Shown: positions 40,600 through 55,200 of the stretch, piece by piece
How the letters are laid out: each line of letters starts with the position of its first letter
Numbering within the stretch: position 1 is the stretch's first letter
DNA from: Camelus dromedarius
Lineage: Eukaryota
DNA: 64,000 nt
NCBI RefSeq assembly: GCF_036321535.1
Contig: NC_087436.1
Coordinates: 3,224,001 to 3,288,000 of the forward strand
Direction of reading: 5' to 3'
Notes under the pieces: model-generated
Told to the model about the DNA's origin: nothing
What the model saw: the letters and a program-made list of their open reading frames with translations, nothing else
Database searches by the model: none
Position numbers and translations under genes: made by a program

Positions 40600-41830
40600 C
40601 GGTTTGAAGTTCCGGCATTTTTCACGGTAAAACCGTGTTGGAGCTAGTACCTCCCCATATATATGTATGGAGTGGAGTTTGCAACTGAAAAGAAACTTTG
40701 TGTTCCCAACAAGCTAGGTGAAGGACGGTTTTCACACACACTTATCTCTCAGAACTGAGCATGTGGAGAGACGTTCGTTCATCTAGCACAAAGGGAACGG
40801 TTTGCAGGAGAAACTTTTAATCTGGTATCTCAGTCTGGTTCCTAGTGCCGGTTTGAAGTTCCTGCAGTTTTCACTGTAAAATCGAGTTTGATCTAGTAAA
40901 TCCCCATAAATATGTATGGAGTGGAGTTTGCAACTGAAAAGATACTTTGTGTTCCCAAAAAGCTAGTTGAAGGACGGTTTTCACACACACTTATTTCTCA
41001 GAACTGAGCATGTGGAGAGACGTTCGTTCATCTAGCACAAAGGGAAAGGTTTGCAGGAGAAACTTTTACTCTGGTTTCTCAGTCTGTTTCCTATTGCCCT
41101 TTTGAAGTTCCTGCAGTATTCACTGTAAAACCGAGTTGGTGCTAGTACCTCCCCATATATATGTATGGAGTGGAGTTTGCAACTGAAAAGAAACTTTTTG
41201 TTCCTAACAAGCTAGGTGAAAGACGGCTTTCACACACACTTATCTCTAAGAACTGAGCATGTGGAGAGACGTTCGTTCATCTAGCACAAAGGGAACGGGT
41301 TGCAGGAGAAACTTTTACTCTGGTTTCTCAGTCTGTTTCCTAGTGCCGGTTTGAAGTTCCGGCATTTTTCACGGTAAAACCGTGTTGGAGCTAGTACCTC
41401 CCCATATATATGTATGGAGTGGAGTTTGCAACTGAAAAGAAACTTTGTGTTCCCAACAAGCTAGGTGAAGGACGGTTTTCACACACACTTATCTCTCAGA
41501 ACTGAGCATGTGGAGAGACGTTCGTTCATCTAGCACAAAGGGAACGGTTTGCAGGAGAAACTTTTAATCTGGTATCTCAGTCTGGTTCCTAGTGCCGGTT
41601 TGAAGTTCCTGCAGTTTTCACTGTAAAATCGAGTTTGATCTAGTAAATCCCCATAAATATGTATGGAGTGGAGTTTGCAACTGAAAAGATACTTTGTGTT
41701 CCCAAAAAGCTAGTTGAAGGACGGTTTTCACACACACTTATTTCTCAGAACTGAGCATGTGGAGAGACGTTCGTTCATCTAGCACAAAGGGAAAGGTTTG
41801 CAGGAGAAACTTTTACTCTGGTTTCTCAGT
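40600..41830 (+). repeat. Local duplication at 747-bp (3-monomer) offset
   Basis: The private variants 'tccggcattt' (40611, 41358), 'cagtctggttcc', 'gagtttgatctag' and 'ggaaaggtttgc' each recur 747 bp apart. Confidence 0.85.
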
Positions 41831-41999
41831 CTTTTTCCTACTGCTGGTTTGAAGTTCCTGCAGTTTTCACTGTTAAACAGAGTTGGAACTAGTACCTCCC
41901 CATATATATGTATTGAGTGGAGTTTGCAACTGGAAAGAAATTTGTGTTCCCAACAAGTTAGGTGAAGGACGGGTTTCATACTCACTTATCTCTAAGAAC

Positions 42000-44900
42000 T
42001 GAGCATGTGTAGAGACGTTCGTTCATCTAGCACAAATGGAAAGGGTTGCAGGAGAAACTTTTACTCTGGTTTCTCAGTCTGTTTCCTAGTGCCGGTTTGA
42101 AGTTCCTGCAGTTTTCACTATAAAACCGAGTTGGAGCTACTTCCTCCCCATTTATATGAATGGAGTGGAGTTAGCAAGTGAAAAGAAACTTTGTGTTCCC
42201 AACAAGCTAGGTGAAGGACGGCTTTCAAACACACATATCTCTCAGAACTGAGCATGTGGAGAGAAGTTCGTTCATCTAGCACAAAGGGAACGGGTTGCAG
42301 GAGAAACTTTTCTCTGGTTTCTCAGTCTGATTCCTAGTGCCAGTTTGAAGTTCCTGCAGTTTTCACTGTAAAACCGAGTTGGAACTAGTATCTCCCCATA
42401 TATATGTACGGAGTGGAGTTTGCAAGTGAAAAGAAACTTTGTGTTCCCAACAAGCTAGGTGAATTACGGCTTTCACACACAGTTATCTCTCAGAACTGAG
42501 CATGTGGATAGACGTTCGTTCATCTAGCACAAAGGGAACGGGTTGCAGGAGAAACTTTTCTCTGGTTTCTCAGTCTGTTTCCTAGTGCCGGTTTGAAGTT
42601 CCTTCAGTTTTCACTGTCAAACCGACTTGGAACTAGTACCTCCCCATATATATGTACGGAGTGGATTTTGCAAGTGAAAAGAAACTTTGTGTTCCCAAGA
42701 AGCTAGGTGAAGGGCGGCTTTCACACACACTTATCTCTCAGAACTGAGCATGTGGAGAGACTTTCGTTCATCTAGCACAAAGGGCACGGGTTGCAGGAGT
42801 AACTTTTACTCTGGTTTCTCAGTCTGTTTCCTAGTGCCGGATTGAAGTTCCTGCAGTTTTCACTGTCAAACCGAGTTGGAGCTAGTACCTCCCCTTATAT
42901 ATGTATGGAGTGGAGTTTGCAAGTGAAAAGAAACTTTGTGTTCAAAAGAAGCTAGCTGAAGGACGGCTTTCACACACACTTATCTCTCAGAACTGAGCAT
43001 GTGGAGAGACGTTCGTTCATCTAGCACAAATGGAACGGGTTGCAGGAGAAACTTTTACTCTGGTTTCTCAGACTGTTTCCCAGTGCCGGTTTGAAGTTCC
43101 TGCATTTTTCACTGTAAAACCGAGTTGGAGCTTGTACCTCCCCATATATATGAATGGAATTGGAGTTTGCAACTGAAAAGAATCTTTGTGTTCCCAACAA
43201 GCTAGATGAAGGACGGCTTTCACACACACTTATCTCTCAGAACTGAGCATTTGGAGAGACGTTCGTTCATCTCGCATAAAGGGAACGGGTTGCAGGAGAA
43301 ACTTTTACTCTGGTTTCTCAGTCTGTTTCCTAGTGCCGGTTTTAAGTTCCTGCAGTTTTCACTGTAAAAACGACTTGGAGCTAGTACCTCCCCATATATA
43401 TGTACGGAGTGGAGTTTGCAAGTGAAAAGAAACTTTGTGTTCCCAGGAAGCTAGGTGAAGGACGGCTTTCACACACACTTATCTCTCAGAACTGAGCATG
43501 TGGAGAGACGTTCGTTCATCTAGCACAAAGGGAACGGGATGCAGGAGAAATTTTTACTCTGGTTTCTCAGTCTGTTTCCCAGTGCCGGTGTGAAATTCCT
43601 GCAATTTTCACTGTAAAACCGAGTTGGAGCTAGTACCTCCGCATATATATGTATGGAGTGGAGTTTGCAAGTGAAAAGAATCTTTGTGTTCCCAAGAAGC
43701 AAGGTGAAGGACGGCTTTCACACACACTTATCTCTCAGAACTGAGCATGTGGAGAGACGTTCGTTCATCTAGCACAAAGGGAACGGGTTGCAGGAGAAAT
43801 TTTACTCTGGTTTCTCAGTCTGTTTCCCAGTGCCGGTTTCAAGTTCCTGCAGTTTTCACTGTAAAACCGAGTTGGAGCTAGAACCTCCCAATATATCTGT
43901 ATGGAGTGGAGTTTGCTAGTGAAAAGGAACTTTGTGTTCCCAAGAAGCTAGGTGAAGGACGGCTTTCAAACACACTTATCTCTCAGAACTGAGCATGTGG
44001 AAAGACGTTCGTTCATCTAGCACAAAAGGAACGGTTTACAGGAGAAACTTTTACTCTGGTTTGTCAGTCTGTTTCCTAGTGCCGGTTTGAAGATCCTGCA
44101 GTTTTCACTGTAAAACCGAGTTGGAGCTAGTACCTCCCCATATATATGTATGGAGTGGAGTTTGCAAGTGAAAAGGAACTTTGTGTTCCCATGAAGCTAG
44201 GTGAAGGACGGCTTTCAAACACACTTATCTCTCAGAACTGAGCATGTGGGGAGACGTTCGTTCATCTAGCACAAAGGGAACGAGTTGCAGGAGAAATTTT
44301 TACTCTGGTTTCTCAGTCTGTTTCCCAGTGCCGGTTGGAAGTTCCTGCATTTTTCACTGTAAAACCGAGTTGGAGCTTTTACCTCCCCATATATATGAAT
44401 GGAATTGGAGTTTGCAACTGAAAAGAATCTTTGTGTTCCCAACAAGCTAGGTGAGGGACGGCTTTCACACACACTTATCTCTCAGAACTGAGCATGTGGA
44501 GAGACGTTCGTTCATCTAGCACAAAGGGAATGGATTGCAGGAGAAACTTTTACTCTGGTTTCTCAGTCTGTTTCCTAGTGCCGGTTTGAAGTTCCTGCAG
44601 TTTTCACTGTAAAACCGAGTTGGAGCTAGTACCTCCCCATATATATGTATGGAGTGGAGTATGCAAGTGAAAAGAAACTTTGTGTTCCCAACAAGCTAGG
44701 TGAAGGACGGCTTTCACACACAGTTATCTCTCAGAACTTAGCATTTGGAGAGACGTTCGTTCATCTAGCACAAATTGAACGGGTTGCAGGAGAAACTTTT
44801 ACTCTGGATTCTCTGTCTGTTTCCCAGTGCCGGTTGGAAGTTCCTGCATTTTTCACTGTAAAACCGAGTTGGAGCTAGTACCTCCCCATATATATGTATG

Positions 44901-47900
44901 GAGTGGAGTTTGCAAGTGAAAAGGAACTTTGTGTTCCCAAGAAGCTAGGTGAAGGACGGCTTTCAAACACACTTATCTCTCAGAACTGAGCATGTGGGGA
45001 GACGTTCGTTCATCTAGCACAAAGGGAACGAGTTGCAGGAGAAACTTTTACTCTGGTTTCTCAGTCTGTTTCCCAGTGCCGGTTGGAAGTTCCTGCATTT
45101 TTCACTGTAAAACCGAGTTGGAGCTTGTACCTCCCCATATATATGAATGGAATTGGAGTTTGCAACTGAAAAGAATCTTTGTGTTCCCAACAAGCTAGGT
45201 GAGGGACGGCTTTCACACACACTTATCTCTCAGAACTGAGCATGTGGAGAGACGTTCGTTCATCTAGCACAAAGGGAATGGATTGCAGGAGAAACTTTTA
45301 CTCTGGTTTCTCAGTCTGTTTCCTAGTGCCGGTTTGAAGTTCCTGCAGTTTTCACTGTAAAACCGAGTTGGAGCTAGTACCTCCCCATATATATGTATGG
45401 AGTGGAGTATGCAAGTGAAAAGAAACTTTGTGTTCCCAACAAGCTAGGTGAAGGACGGCTTTCACACACAGTTATCTCTCAGAACTTAGCATTTGGAGAG
45501 ACGTTCGTTCATCTAGCACAAATTGAACGGGTTGCAGGAGAAATTTTACTCTGGATTCTCTGTCTGTTTCCCAGTGCCGGTTGGAAGTTCCTGCATTTTT
45601 CACTGTAAAACCGAGTTGGAGCTTGTACCTCCCCATATATATGAATGGAATTGGAGTTTGCAACTGAAAAGGATCTTTGTGTTCCCAACAAGCTAGGTGA
45701 AGGACGGCTTTCACACGCAACTATGTCTAGAAATGAGCATGTGGAGAGACGTTCGTTCATCTAGCACAAAGTGAACGGGTTGCAGGGGAAACTTTTACTC
45801 TGGATTCTCAGTCTGTTTCCTAGTACTGGTTTGAAGTTCTTGCAGTATTCACTGTAAAACACAGTTGGTGCTAGTACCTCCCCGTATATATGTATGAAGT
45901 GGAGTTTGCAACTGAAAAGAAACTTTGTGTTCCCAACAAGATATGTGAAGGACGGCTTTCACACACACTTATCTCTCAGAACTGAGCATGTGGAGAGACG
46001 TTCGTTCATCTAGCACAAAGGGAATGGATTGCAGGAGAAACTTTTACTCTGGTTTCTCAGTCTGTTTCTTAGTGCCGGTTTGAAGTTCCTGCAGGTTTCA
46101 TTGTAAAACCGAGTTGGAGCTAGTACCTCCCCATATATATGTATGGAGTGGAGTTTGCAACAGAAAAGAAACTTTGTGTTCCCAACAAGCTAGGTGAAGG
46201 ACGGCTTTCACACACACTTATCTCTCAGAACTGATCATGTGGAGAGACGTTCGTTCATCTAGCACGAAAGGAACGGGTTACAGGAGAAACTTTTACTCTG
46301 GTTTGTCAGTCTGTTTCCTAGTGCCGGTTTGAAGATCCTGCAGTTTTCACTGTAAAACCGAGTTGGAGCTAGTACCTCCACATATATATGTATGGAGTGG
46401 AGTTTGCAACTGAAAAGAATCTTTGTGTTCCCAAGAAGCAAGGTGAAGGACGGCTTTCACACACACATATCTCTCAGAACTGAGCATGTGGAGAGACGTT
46501 CGTTCATCTAGCACAAAGGGAACGGGTTGCAGGAGAAATTTTACTCTGGTTTCTCAGTCTGTTTCCCAGTGCCTGTTTGAAGTTTCTGCAGTTTTCACTG
46601 TAAAACCGAGTTGGAGCTAGTACCACCCCATATATATGTATGGAGTGGAGTTTGCAAGTGAAAAGGAACTTTGTGTTCCCAAGAAGCTAGGTGAAGGACG
46701 GCTTTCAAACACACTTATCTCTCAGAACTGAGCATGTGGGGAGACGTTCGTTCATCTAGCACAAAGGGAACGGGTTGCAGGAGAAACTTTTACTCTGGTT
46801 TTTCAGTCTGTTTCCCAGTGCCGGTTGGAAGTTCCTGCATTTTTCACTGTAAAACCGAGTTGGAGCTTGTACCTCCCCATATATATGAATGGAATTGGAG
46901 TTTGCAACTGAAAAGAATCTTTGTGTTCCCAACAAGCTAGGTGAGGGACGGCTTTCACACACACTTATCTCTCAGAACTGAGCATGTGGAGAGACGTTCG
47001 TTCATCTAGCACAAAGGGAATTGATTGCAGGAGAAACTTTTACTCTGGTTTCTCAGTCTGTTTCCTAGTGCCGGTTTGAAGTTCCTGCAGTTTTCACTGT
47101 AAAACCGAGTTGGAGCTAGTACCTCCCCATATATATGTATGGAGTGGAGTATGCAAGTGAAAAGAAACTTTGTGTTCCCAACAAGCTAGGTGAAGGACGG
47201 CTTTCACACACAGTTATCTCTCAGAACTTAGCATTTGGAGAGACGTTCGTTCATCTAGCACAAATTGAACGGGTTGCAGGAGAAACTTTTACTCTGGATT
47301 CTCTGTCTGTTTCCTAGTACCGGTTTGAAGTTCCTGCAGTATTCACTGTAAAACAGAGTTGGAGCTAGTACATCCCCATATATATGTATGGAGTGGAGTT
47401 TGCAAGTGAAAAGAAACTTTGTGTTCCCAACAAGCTATGTGAAGGACGGCTTTCACACACACTTATCTCTCAGAACTGAGCATGTGGAGAGACGTTCTTT
47501 CATCTAGCACAAAGGGAACGGGTAGCAGTTGAAATTTTTAATCTGGTTTCTCAGTATGTTTCCTAGTGCCTGTTTGAATTTCCCGCAGTTTTCACTATAA
47601 AACAGAGTTGGAGCTAGTACTTACCCATATATATGTATGGAGTGGAATTTGCAACTGAAAAGAATGTTTGTTTTCCCAACAAGCTAGGTGAAGGACGGCT
47701 TTCACACACACTTATCTCTCAGAACTGAGCATGTGGAGAGACGTTCGTTCATCTAGCATAATGGGAACGGGTTGCAGGAGAAACTTTTACTCTGGTTTCT
47801 CAGTCTGTTTCCTAGTGCCGGTTTGAAGTTCCTGCAGTTTTCACTGTAAAAACGAGTTGTAGCTTGTTCCTCCCCATATATATGTACGGAGTGGAGTTTG

Positions 47901-49200
47901 CAAGTGAAAAGAAACTTTGTGTTCCCAAGAAGTTAGGTGAATGACGGCTTTCACACACACTTATCTCTCAGAACTGAGCATGTGGAGAGACGTTCGTTCA
48001 TCTAGCACAAAGGGAACGGGATGCAGGAGAAATTTTACTCTGGTTTCTCAGTCTGTTTCCCAGTGCCGGTTTGAAGTTCCAGCAGTTTTCACTGTAAAAC
48101 CGAGTTGGAGCTTGTACCTCCCCATATATATGAATGGAATTGGAGTTTGCAACTGAAAAGAATCTTTGTGTTCCCAACAAGCTAGGTGAAGGACGGCTTT
48201 CACACACACATAACTCTCAGAAATTAGCATGTGGAGAGACGTTCGTTCATCTAGCACAAAGGGAATGGATTGCAGGAGAAACTTTTACTCTGGTTTCTCA
48301 GTCTGTTTCCTAGTGCCGGTTTGAAGTACCTGCAGTTTTCAGTGTAAAACCGAGTTGGAGCTAGTACCTCCCCATATATATTTATGGAGTGGAGTTTGCA
48401 ACAGAAAAGGAACTTTGTGTTCCCAACAAGCTAGGTGAAGGACGGCTTTCACACACACTTATCTCTCAGAACTGAGCATGTGGAGAGACGTTCGTTCTTC
48501 TAGCACAAAGGGAACGGGTTGCAGGAGAAACTTTTACTCTGGTTTCTCAGTCTGTTTCCTAGTGCCGGTTTGAAGTTCCTGCAGTTTTCACTGTAAAACC
48601 GAGTTGGAGCTAGTACCTCCCCATATATATGTATGGAGTGGAGTATACAAGTGAAAAGAAACTTTGTGTTCCCAACAAGCTAGGTGAAGGACGGCTTTCA
48701 CACACAGTTATCTCTCAGAACTTAGCATGTGGAGAGACGTTCTTTCATCTACCACAAAGGGAACGGGTTGCAGGAGAAACTTTTACTCTGGTTTCTCAGT
48801 CTCTTTCCTAGTGCCGGTTTGAAGTTCCTGCAGTTTTCACTGTAAACCGAGTTGGACCTAGTACCTCCCCATATATATGTATGGAGTGGAATATGCAAGT
48901 GAAAAGAAACTTTGTGTTCCCAACAAGCTAGGTGAAGGACGGCTTTCACACACAGTTATCTCTCAGAACTTAGCATGTGGAGAGACGTTCGTTCATCTAG
49001 CACAAAGTGAACGGTTTGCAGTAGAAACTTTTACTCTGGATTCTCTGTCTGTTTCCTATTACCGGTTTGAAGTTCCTGCAGTATTCACTGTAAAACCGAG
49101 TTGGAGCTAGTACCTCCCCATATATATGTATGGAGTGGAGTTTGCAAGTGAAAAGGAACTTTGTGTTCCCAACAAGCTAGGTGAAGGACGGCTTTCACAC
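42000..49200 (+). repeat. Satellite sub-family domain 3 with short (1-, 3- and 10-monomer) periodicities
   Basis: Domain-enriched variants are 'tttcccagtg', 'tgaatggaattggag' (1-bp insertion), 'cccaagaagc', 'gtacgga' and 'gagtatgcaag...cacagtta...cttagc'. Related ORFs at 44244, 44992 and 46734 give offsets of 748 and 2,490. Confidence 0.8.
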
Positions 49201-52200
49201 ACACTTATCTCTCAGAACTGAGCATGTGGAGAGACGTTCGTTCATCTAGCACAAAGGGAACGGGTTGCAGGAGAAACTTTTACTCTGGGTTCTCAGTCTG
49301 TTTCCTAGTGCCGGTTTGAAGTTCCTGCAGTTTTCACTGTAAAAACGTGTTGGAGCTAGTACCACCCCATATATATATACGGAGTGGAGTTTGCAAGTGA
49401 AAAGAAACTTTGTGTTCCCAAGAAGCTAGGTGAAGGACGGATTTCACACACACTTATCTCTCAGAACTGAGCATGTGGAGAGACGTTTGTTCATCTAGCA
49501 CAAAGGGAACGGGTTGCAGGAGAAATTTTACTCTGGTTTCTCAGTCTGTTTCCCAGTGCCGGTGTGAAGTTCCTGCAATTTTCACTGTAAAACCGAGTTG
49601 GAGCTAGTACGTCCCCATATATATGTATGGAGTGGTGTTTGCAAATGAAAATGAACTTTGTGTTCCCAAGAAGCTAGGTGAAGGACGGCTTTTACACACA
49701 CTTATCTCTCAGAACTGAGCATGTGGAGAGACGTTCGTTCATCTAGCACAAAGGGAAAGGGTTGCAGGGGAAACTTTTAATCTGGATTCTCATTCTGTTC
49801 CTAGTGCCTGTTTGAAGTTCCTGCATTTCACTGTAAAACCGAGTTGGAGCTAGTACCTCCTAATATATAAGTATGGAGTGGAGTTTGCAAGTGAAAAGAA
49901 ACTTTGTGTTCCCAACAAGCTAGGTGAAGAACGGCTTTCACACACACTTATCTCTCAGAACTGAGCATGTGGAGAGACGTTCTTTCATCTAGCACAAAGG
50001 GAACGGTTTGCAGGAGAAACTTTTACTCTGGTTTCTCAGTCTGTTTCCTAGTGCCGGTTTGAAGTTCCTGCAGTTTTCACTGTAAAACCGAGTTGGAGCT
50101 AGTACCTCCCCATATATATGTATTGAGTGGAGTTTGCAAGTGAAAAGAAACTTTGTGTTCCCAACAAGCTAGGTGAAGGACGGCTTTCACACACACTTAT
50201 CTCTCAGGACTGAGCATGTGGAGAGAAGTTCGTTCATCTAGCACAAAGGGAACGGGTTGCTGGAGAAACTTTTACTCTGGTTTCTTAGTCTGTTTCCTAG
50301 TGCCGTTTTGAAGTTCCTGCAGTTTTCACTGTAAAATCGAGTTGAAGCTACTACCTACCCATATAGATGTATGGAGTGGAGTTTGCAAGTGAAAGGAAAC
50401 TTTGTGTTCCCAACAAGCTAGTTGAAGGACGGCTTTCACACACACTTATCTCTCAGAACTGAGCATGTGGAGAGACGTTCGTTCATCTAGCAAAAAGGGA
50501 ACGTGTTGCAGGGGAAACTTTTACTCTGGTTTCTTAGTCTGTTTCCTACTTCCGGTTTGATTTTCCTGCAGTTTTCACTGTAAAACCGAGTTGGAGCTAG
50601 TACCTCCCAATATATATGTATAGAGTGGAGTTTGCAAGTGAAAAGAAACTTTGTGTTCCCAACAAGCTAGGTGAAGGACGGCTTTCATACACACTTATCC
50701 CTCGGAACTGAGCATGTGGAGAGACGTTCGTTCATCTAGCTCAAAATGAACGGGTTGCAGGGGAAACTTTTACTGTGGTTTCTCAGTCTGTTTCCTAGTG
50801 CCGGTTTGAAGTTCCTGCAGTTTTCACTGTAAATCAGTGTTGGGGCTAGTACATCCCCATACATATGAATGGATTGGTGTTTGCAAGTGAATTGAAACTT
50901 TGTGTTCCCAAAAAGCTAGGTGAAGGACGGCTTTCACACACACTTATCTCTCAGATCTGAGCATGTGGAGAGACGTTCGTTCATCTAGCACAAAGGGAAC
51001 GTGTTGCAGGAGTAACTTTTACTCTGGTTTCTCAGTCTGTTTCCTAGTGCCGGATTGAAGTTCCTGCAGTTTTCTCTGTAAAACCGAGTTGGAGCTAGTA
51101 CCTCCCCATATATATGTACGGAGTGGAGTTTGCAAGTGAAAAGAAACTTTGTGTTCCCAAGAAGCTAGGTGAAGGACGGCTTTCACACACACTTATCTCT
51201 CAGAACTGAGCATGTGGAGAGACGTTCGTTCATCTAGCACAAATGGAACGGGTTGCAGGGGAAACTTTTACTCTGGTTTCTTAGTCTGTTTCCTACTTCC
51301 GGTTTGATGTTCCTGCAGTTTTCACTATAAAAGCGAGTTGGAGCTAGTACCTCCCAATATATATGTATGGATTGGAGTTTGCAAGTGAAAAGAAACTTTG
51401 TGTTCCCAACAACCTAGATGAAGGACGGCTTTCACACACACTTATCTCTCAGAACTGAGCATGTGGAGAGACGTTCGTTCATCTAGCACAAAGGGAACGG
51501 GTTGCAGGAGAAACTTTTACTCTGTTTAATCAGTCTGTTTCTCAGTGCCGGTTTGAAGTTCCTGCAGTTTTCACTGTAAAACCGAGTTGGAGCTAGTACC
51601 TCCCCATATATATGTATGGAGTGGAGTTTGCAAGTGAAAATAAACTTTGTGTTCCCAACAAGCTAGGTGAAGTTCGGCTTTCACAGACACTAATCTCTCA
51701 GAACTGAGCATGTGGAGAGACGTTCGTTCATCTAGCACAAAGTGAACGTGTTGCAGGGGAAACTTTTACTCTAGATTCTCAGTGTGTTCCTAGTGCCGGT
51801 TTGAAGTTCCTGCAGTTTTAACTGTAAAACCGCGTTGGAGCTTGTACCTCCCAATATGTATGTATGGAGTGGAGTTTGCAAGTGAAAAGAATCTTTGTAT
51901 TCCCAACAAGCTAGGTGAAGCACGGCTTTCACACACACTTATCTCTCAGAACTGAGCATGTGGAGAGACGTTCGTTCATCTAGCACAAAGGGAACGGGTT
52001 GCAGGGAAACGTTTACTCTGGTTTCTCAGTCTGTTTCCTAGTTCCGGTTTGAAGTTCCTGCAGGTTTCACTGTAAAACCGAGTTGGAGCTAGTACCTCCC
52101 CATATTTATGTATGGAGTGGAGTTTGCAACTGAAAAGAAACTTTGGGTTCCCAACAAGCTAGATGAATGACGGCTTTCACACGCACTTTTCTCTCAGAAC

Positions 52201-55200
52201 TGAGCATGTGGAGAGACGTTCGTTCATCTAGCACAAAGGGAACGGTATGCAGGAGAAACATTTTCTCTGGTTTCTCAGTCTGTTTCCTAGTGCCGGTTTG
52301 AAGTTCCTGCAGTTTTCATTGTATAAACGAGTTGGACCTAGTACCTCCCCATATATATGTATGGAGTGGAGTTTGCAACTGAAAAGAAACTTTGTGTTCC
52401 CAACAAGCTAGTGGAAGGACGGCTTTCACCCACACTTATCTCTCAGAACTGAGCATGTGGAGAGACGTTCGTTCATCTAGCACAAAGGGAATGGGTTGCA
52501 GGGGAAAGTTTTACTCTGGTTTCTCAGTCTGTTTCCTAGTTCCGGTTTGAAGTTCCTGCAGTTTTCACTGTAAAACCGAGTTGGAGCTAGTTACTCCCCA
52601 TATATATGTATGGAGTGGAGTTTGCAACTGAAAAGAAACTTTGTGTTCCCAACAAGCTAGGTGAAGTACGGCTTTCACACACACGTAAATCTCAGAACTG
52701 ATCATGTGGAGAGACGTTCGTACATCAAGCACAAATGAAACGGGTTGCAGGAGAAACTTTTACTCTAGTTTCTCAGTCTGTTTCCTAGTGCCGGTTTGAA
52801 GTTCCTACAGTTTTCACTGTAAAACCGAGTTGGAACTTGTACCTCCCCATATATATGTACGGAGTGGAGTTTGCAACTGAAAAGAAACTTTGTGTTCCCA
52901 ACAAGCTAGGTGAAGGACGGCTTTCACACACATTTATCTCTCAGAACTGAGCATGTGGAGAGAAATTCATTCATCTAGCACAAAGGGAACGGTTTGCAGG
53001 TGTAACTTTTTCTCTGGTTTCTCAGTGTTTCCTAGTGCCGGTTTGAAGTTCCTGCATTTTTCACTGTAAAACCAAGTTGGAGCTAGTACCTCCCCATATA
53101 TATGTATGCAGTGGAGTTTGCAACTGAAAAGAAGCTTTGTGTTCCCAAAAAGCTAGGTGAAGGACGGCTTTCACACACACTTATCTCTCAGAACTGAGCA
53201 TGTGGAGAGACGTTCGTTCATCTAGCACAAAGGGAACGGGTTGCAGGAGAAACCTTTACTATGGTTTCTCAGTCTGTTTCCTAGTGCCGGTTAGAAGTTC
53301 CTGCAGTTTTCACTGTAAAACCGAGTTGGAGCTAGTACCTCCCCATATATACGTATGGAGTGGAGTTTGCAACTGAAAAGAAACTTTGTGTTCCCAACAA
53401 GCTAGGTGAAGGACGGCTTTCACACACACTTATCTCTCAGAACGGAGCATGTGGAGAGACGTTCGTTCATCTAGCACAAAGGGAACGGGTTGCAGGAGAA
53501 ACTTTTAATCTGGTTTCTCAGTCTGTTTCCTAGTGCCGATTTGAAGTTCCTGCAGTTTTCACTGTAAAACAGATTTAGAGCTAGTACCTACCCATATATA
53601 TGTATGGAGTGGAGTTTGCAACTGAAAAGAAACTTTGTGTTCCCAACAAGCTAGGTGAATGAAGGCTTTCACACACAATTATCTCTCAGAACTGAGCATG
53701 TGGAGAGACGTTCATTCATCTAGCACAAAGGGAACGGGTTGCAGGAGAAACTTTTACTCTGTTTTCTCAGTCTGTTTCCTAGTGCCGGTTTGAAGTTCCT
53801 GCAGTTTTCACTGTAAAACCAAGTTGGAGCCAGTACCTGCACATATATATGTATGGAGTGGTGTTTGCAACTGAATAGAAGCTTTGTGTTCCCAACAAGG
53901 TAGATGAAGGACGGCTTTCACACACACTTATCTCTCAGAACTGAGCATGTGGAGAGACATTCGTTCATCTAGCACAAAGGGAACGGGTTGCAGGAGAAAC
54001 TTTTACTCTGGTTTCTCAGTCTTTTTCCTAGTGCCTATTTGAAGTTCCAGCAGTTTTCTCTGTAAAACAGAGTTCGAGTTAGTACCTCCCCATATATATG
54101 TATGGAGTGGAGTTTGCAACTGAAAAGAAACTTTGTGTTCCCAACAAGCTAGGTGAAGGACGGTTTTCACACACACTTATCTCTCAGAACTGAGCATGTG
54201 GAGAGACGTTCGTTCATCTAGCACAAATGGAACGGGTTGCAGGTGAAACTTTTACTCTGGTTTCTCAGTCTGTTTCCTAGTGCCGGTTTGAAGTTCCTGC
54301 ATATATCACTGTAAAACAGATTTGGAGCTAGTACCTCCCCATATAATTGTATGGAGTGGAGTTTGCAACTGAAAAGAAACTATGTGTTCCCAACAAGCTA
54401 TGTGAAGGACGGCTTTCACACACATTTATCTCTCAGAACTGAGCATGTAGAGAGACGTTCGTTCATCTAGCACAAAGGGAACGGGTTGCAGGAGAAACTT
54501 TTACTCTGGTTTCTCAGTCTGTTTCCTACTGCCGGTTTGATATTCCTGCAGTTTTCACTGTAAAAACGTGTTGGAGCTAGTACATCCCCATATATATGTA
54601 TGGAGTGGAGTTTGCAACTGAAAAGAAACTTTGTGTTCCCAACAAGCTAGTTGAAGGACGGCTTTCATAAACACATATCTCTCATAAAAGAGCATGTGTA
54701 AAGACGTTCGTACATCTAGCACAAATGGAACGGTTTGCAGGGGAAACTTTTACTCTGGTTTCTCAGTCTGTTTCCTACTGCTGGTTTGATATTCCTGCAG
54801 TTTTCACTGTAAAAACGTGTTGGAGCTAGTAAATCCCCATATATATGTATGGAATGGAGTTAGCATCTAAAAAGAAACTTTGTGTTCCCAACAAGCTTGG
54901 TAAAGGACGGCTTTCACACACACTTATCTCTCAGAACCGAGCATGTGGAAAGACTTTCGTTCATCTAGCACAAAGAGAATGGGTTGCAGGAGAAACTTTT
55001 ACTCTGGTTTCTCAGTCTTTTTCCTAGTGCCGATTTGAAGTTCCTGCAGTTTTCACTGTAAAACCGATTTGGAGATAGTACCTCACCATATATATGTATG
55101 TAGTGGAGTTTGCAACTGAAAAGAAACTTTGTGTTCCCAACAAGCTAGGTGAAGGACGGCTTTCACACACACTTATCTCTCAGAACTGAGCATGTTTAGA

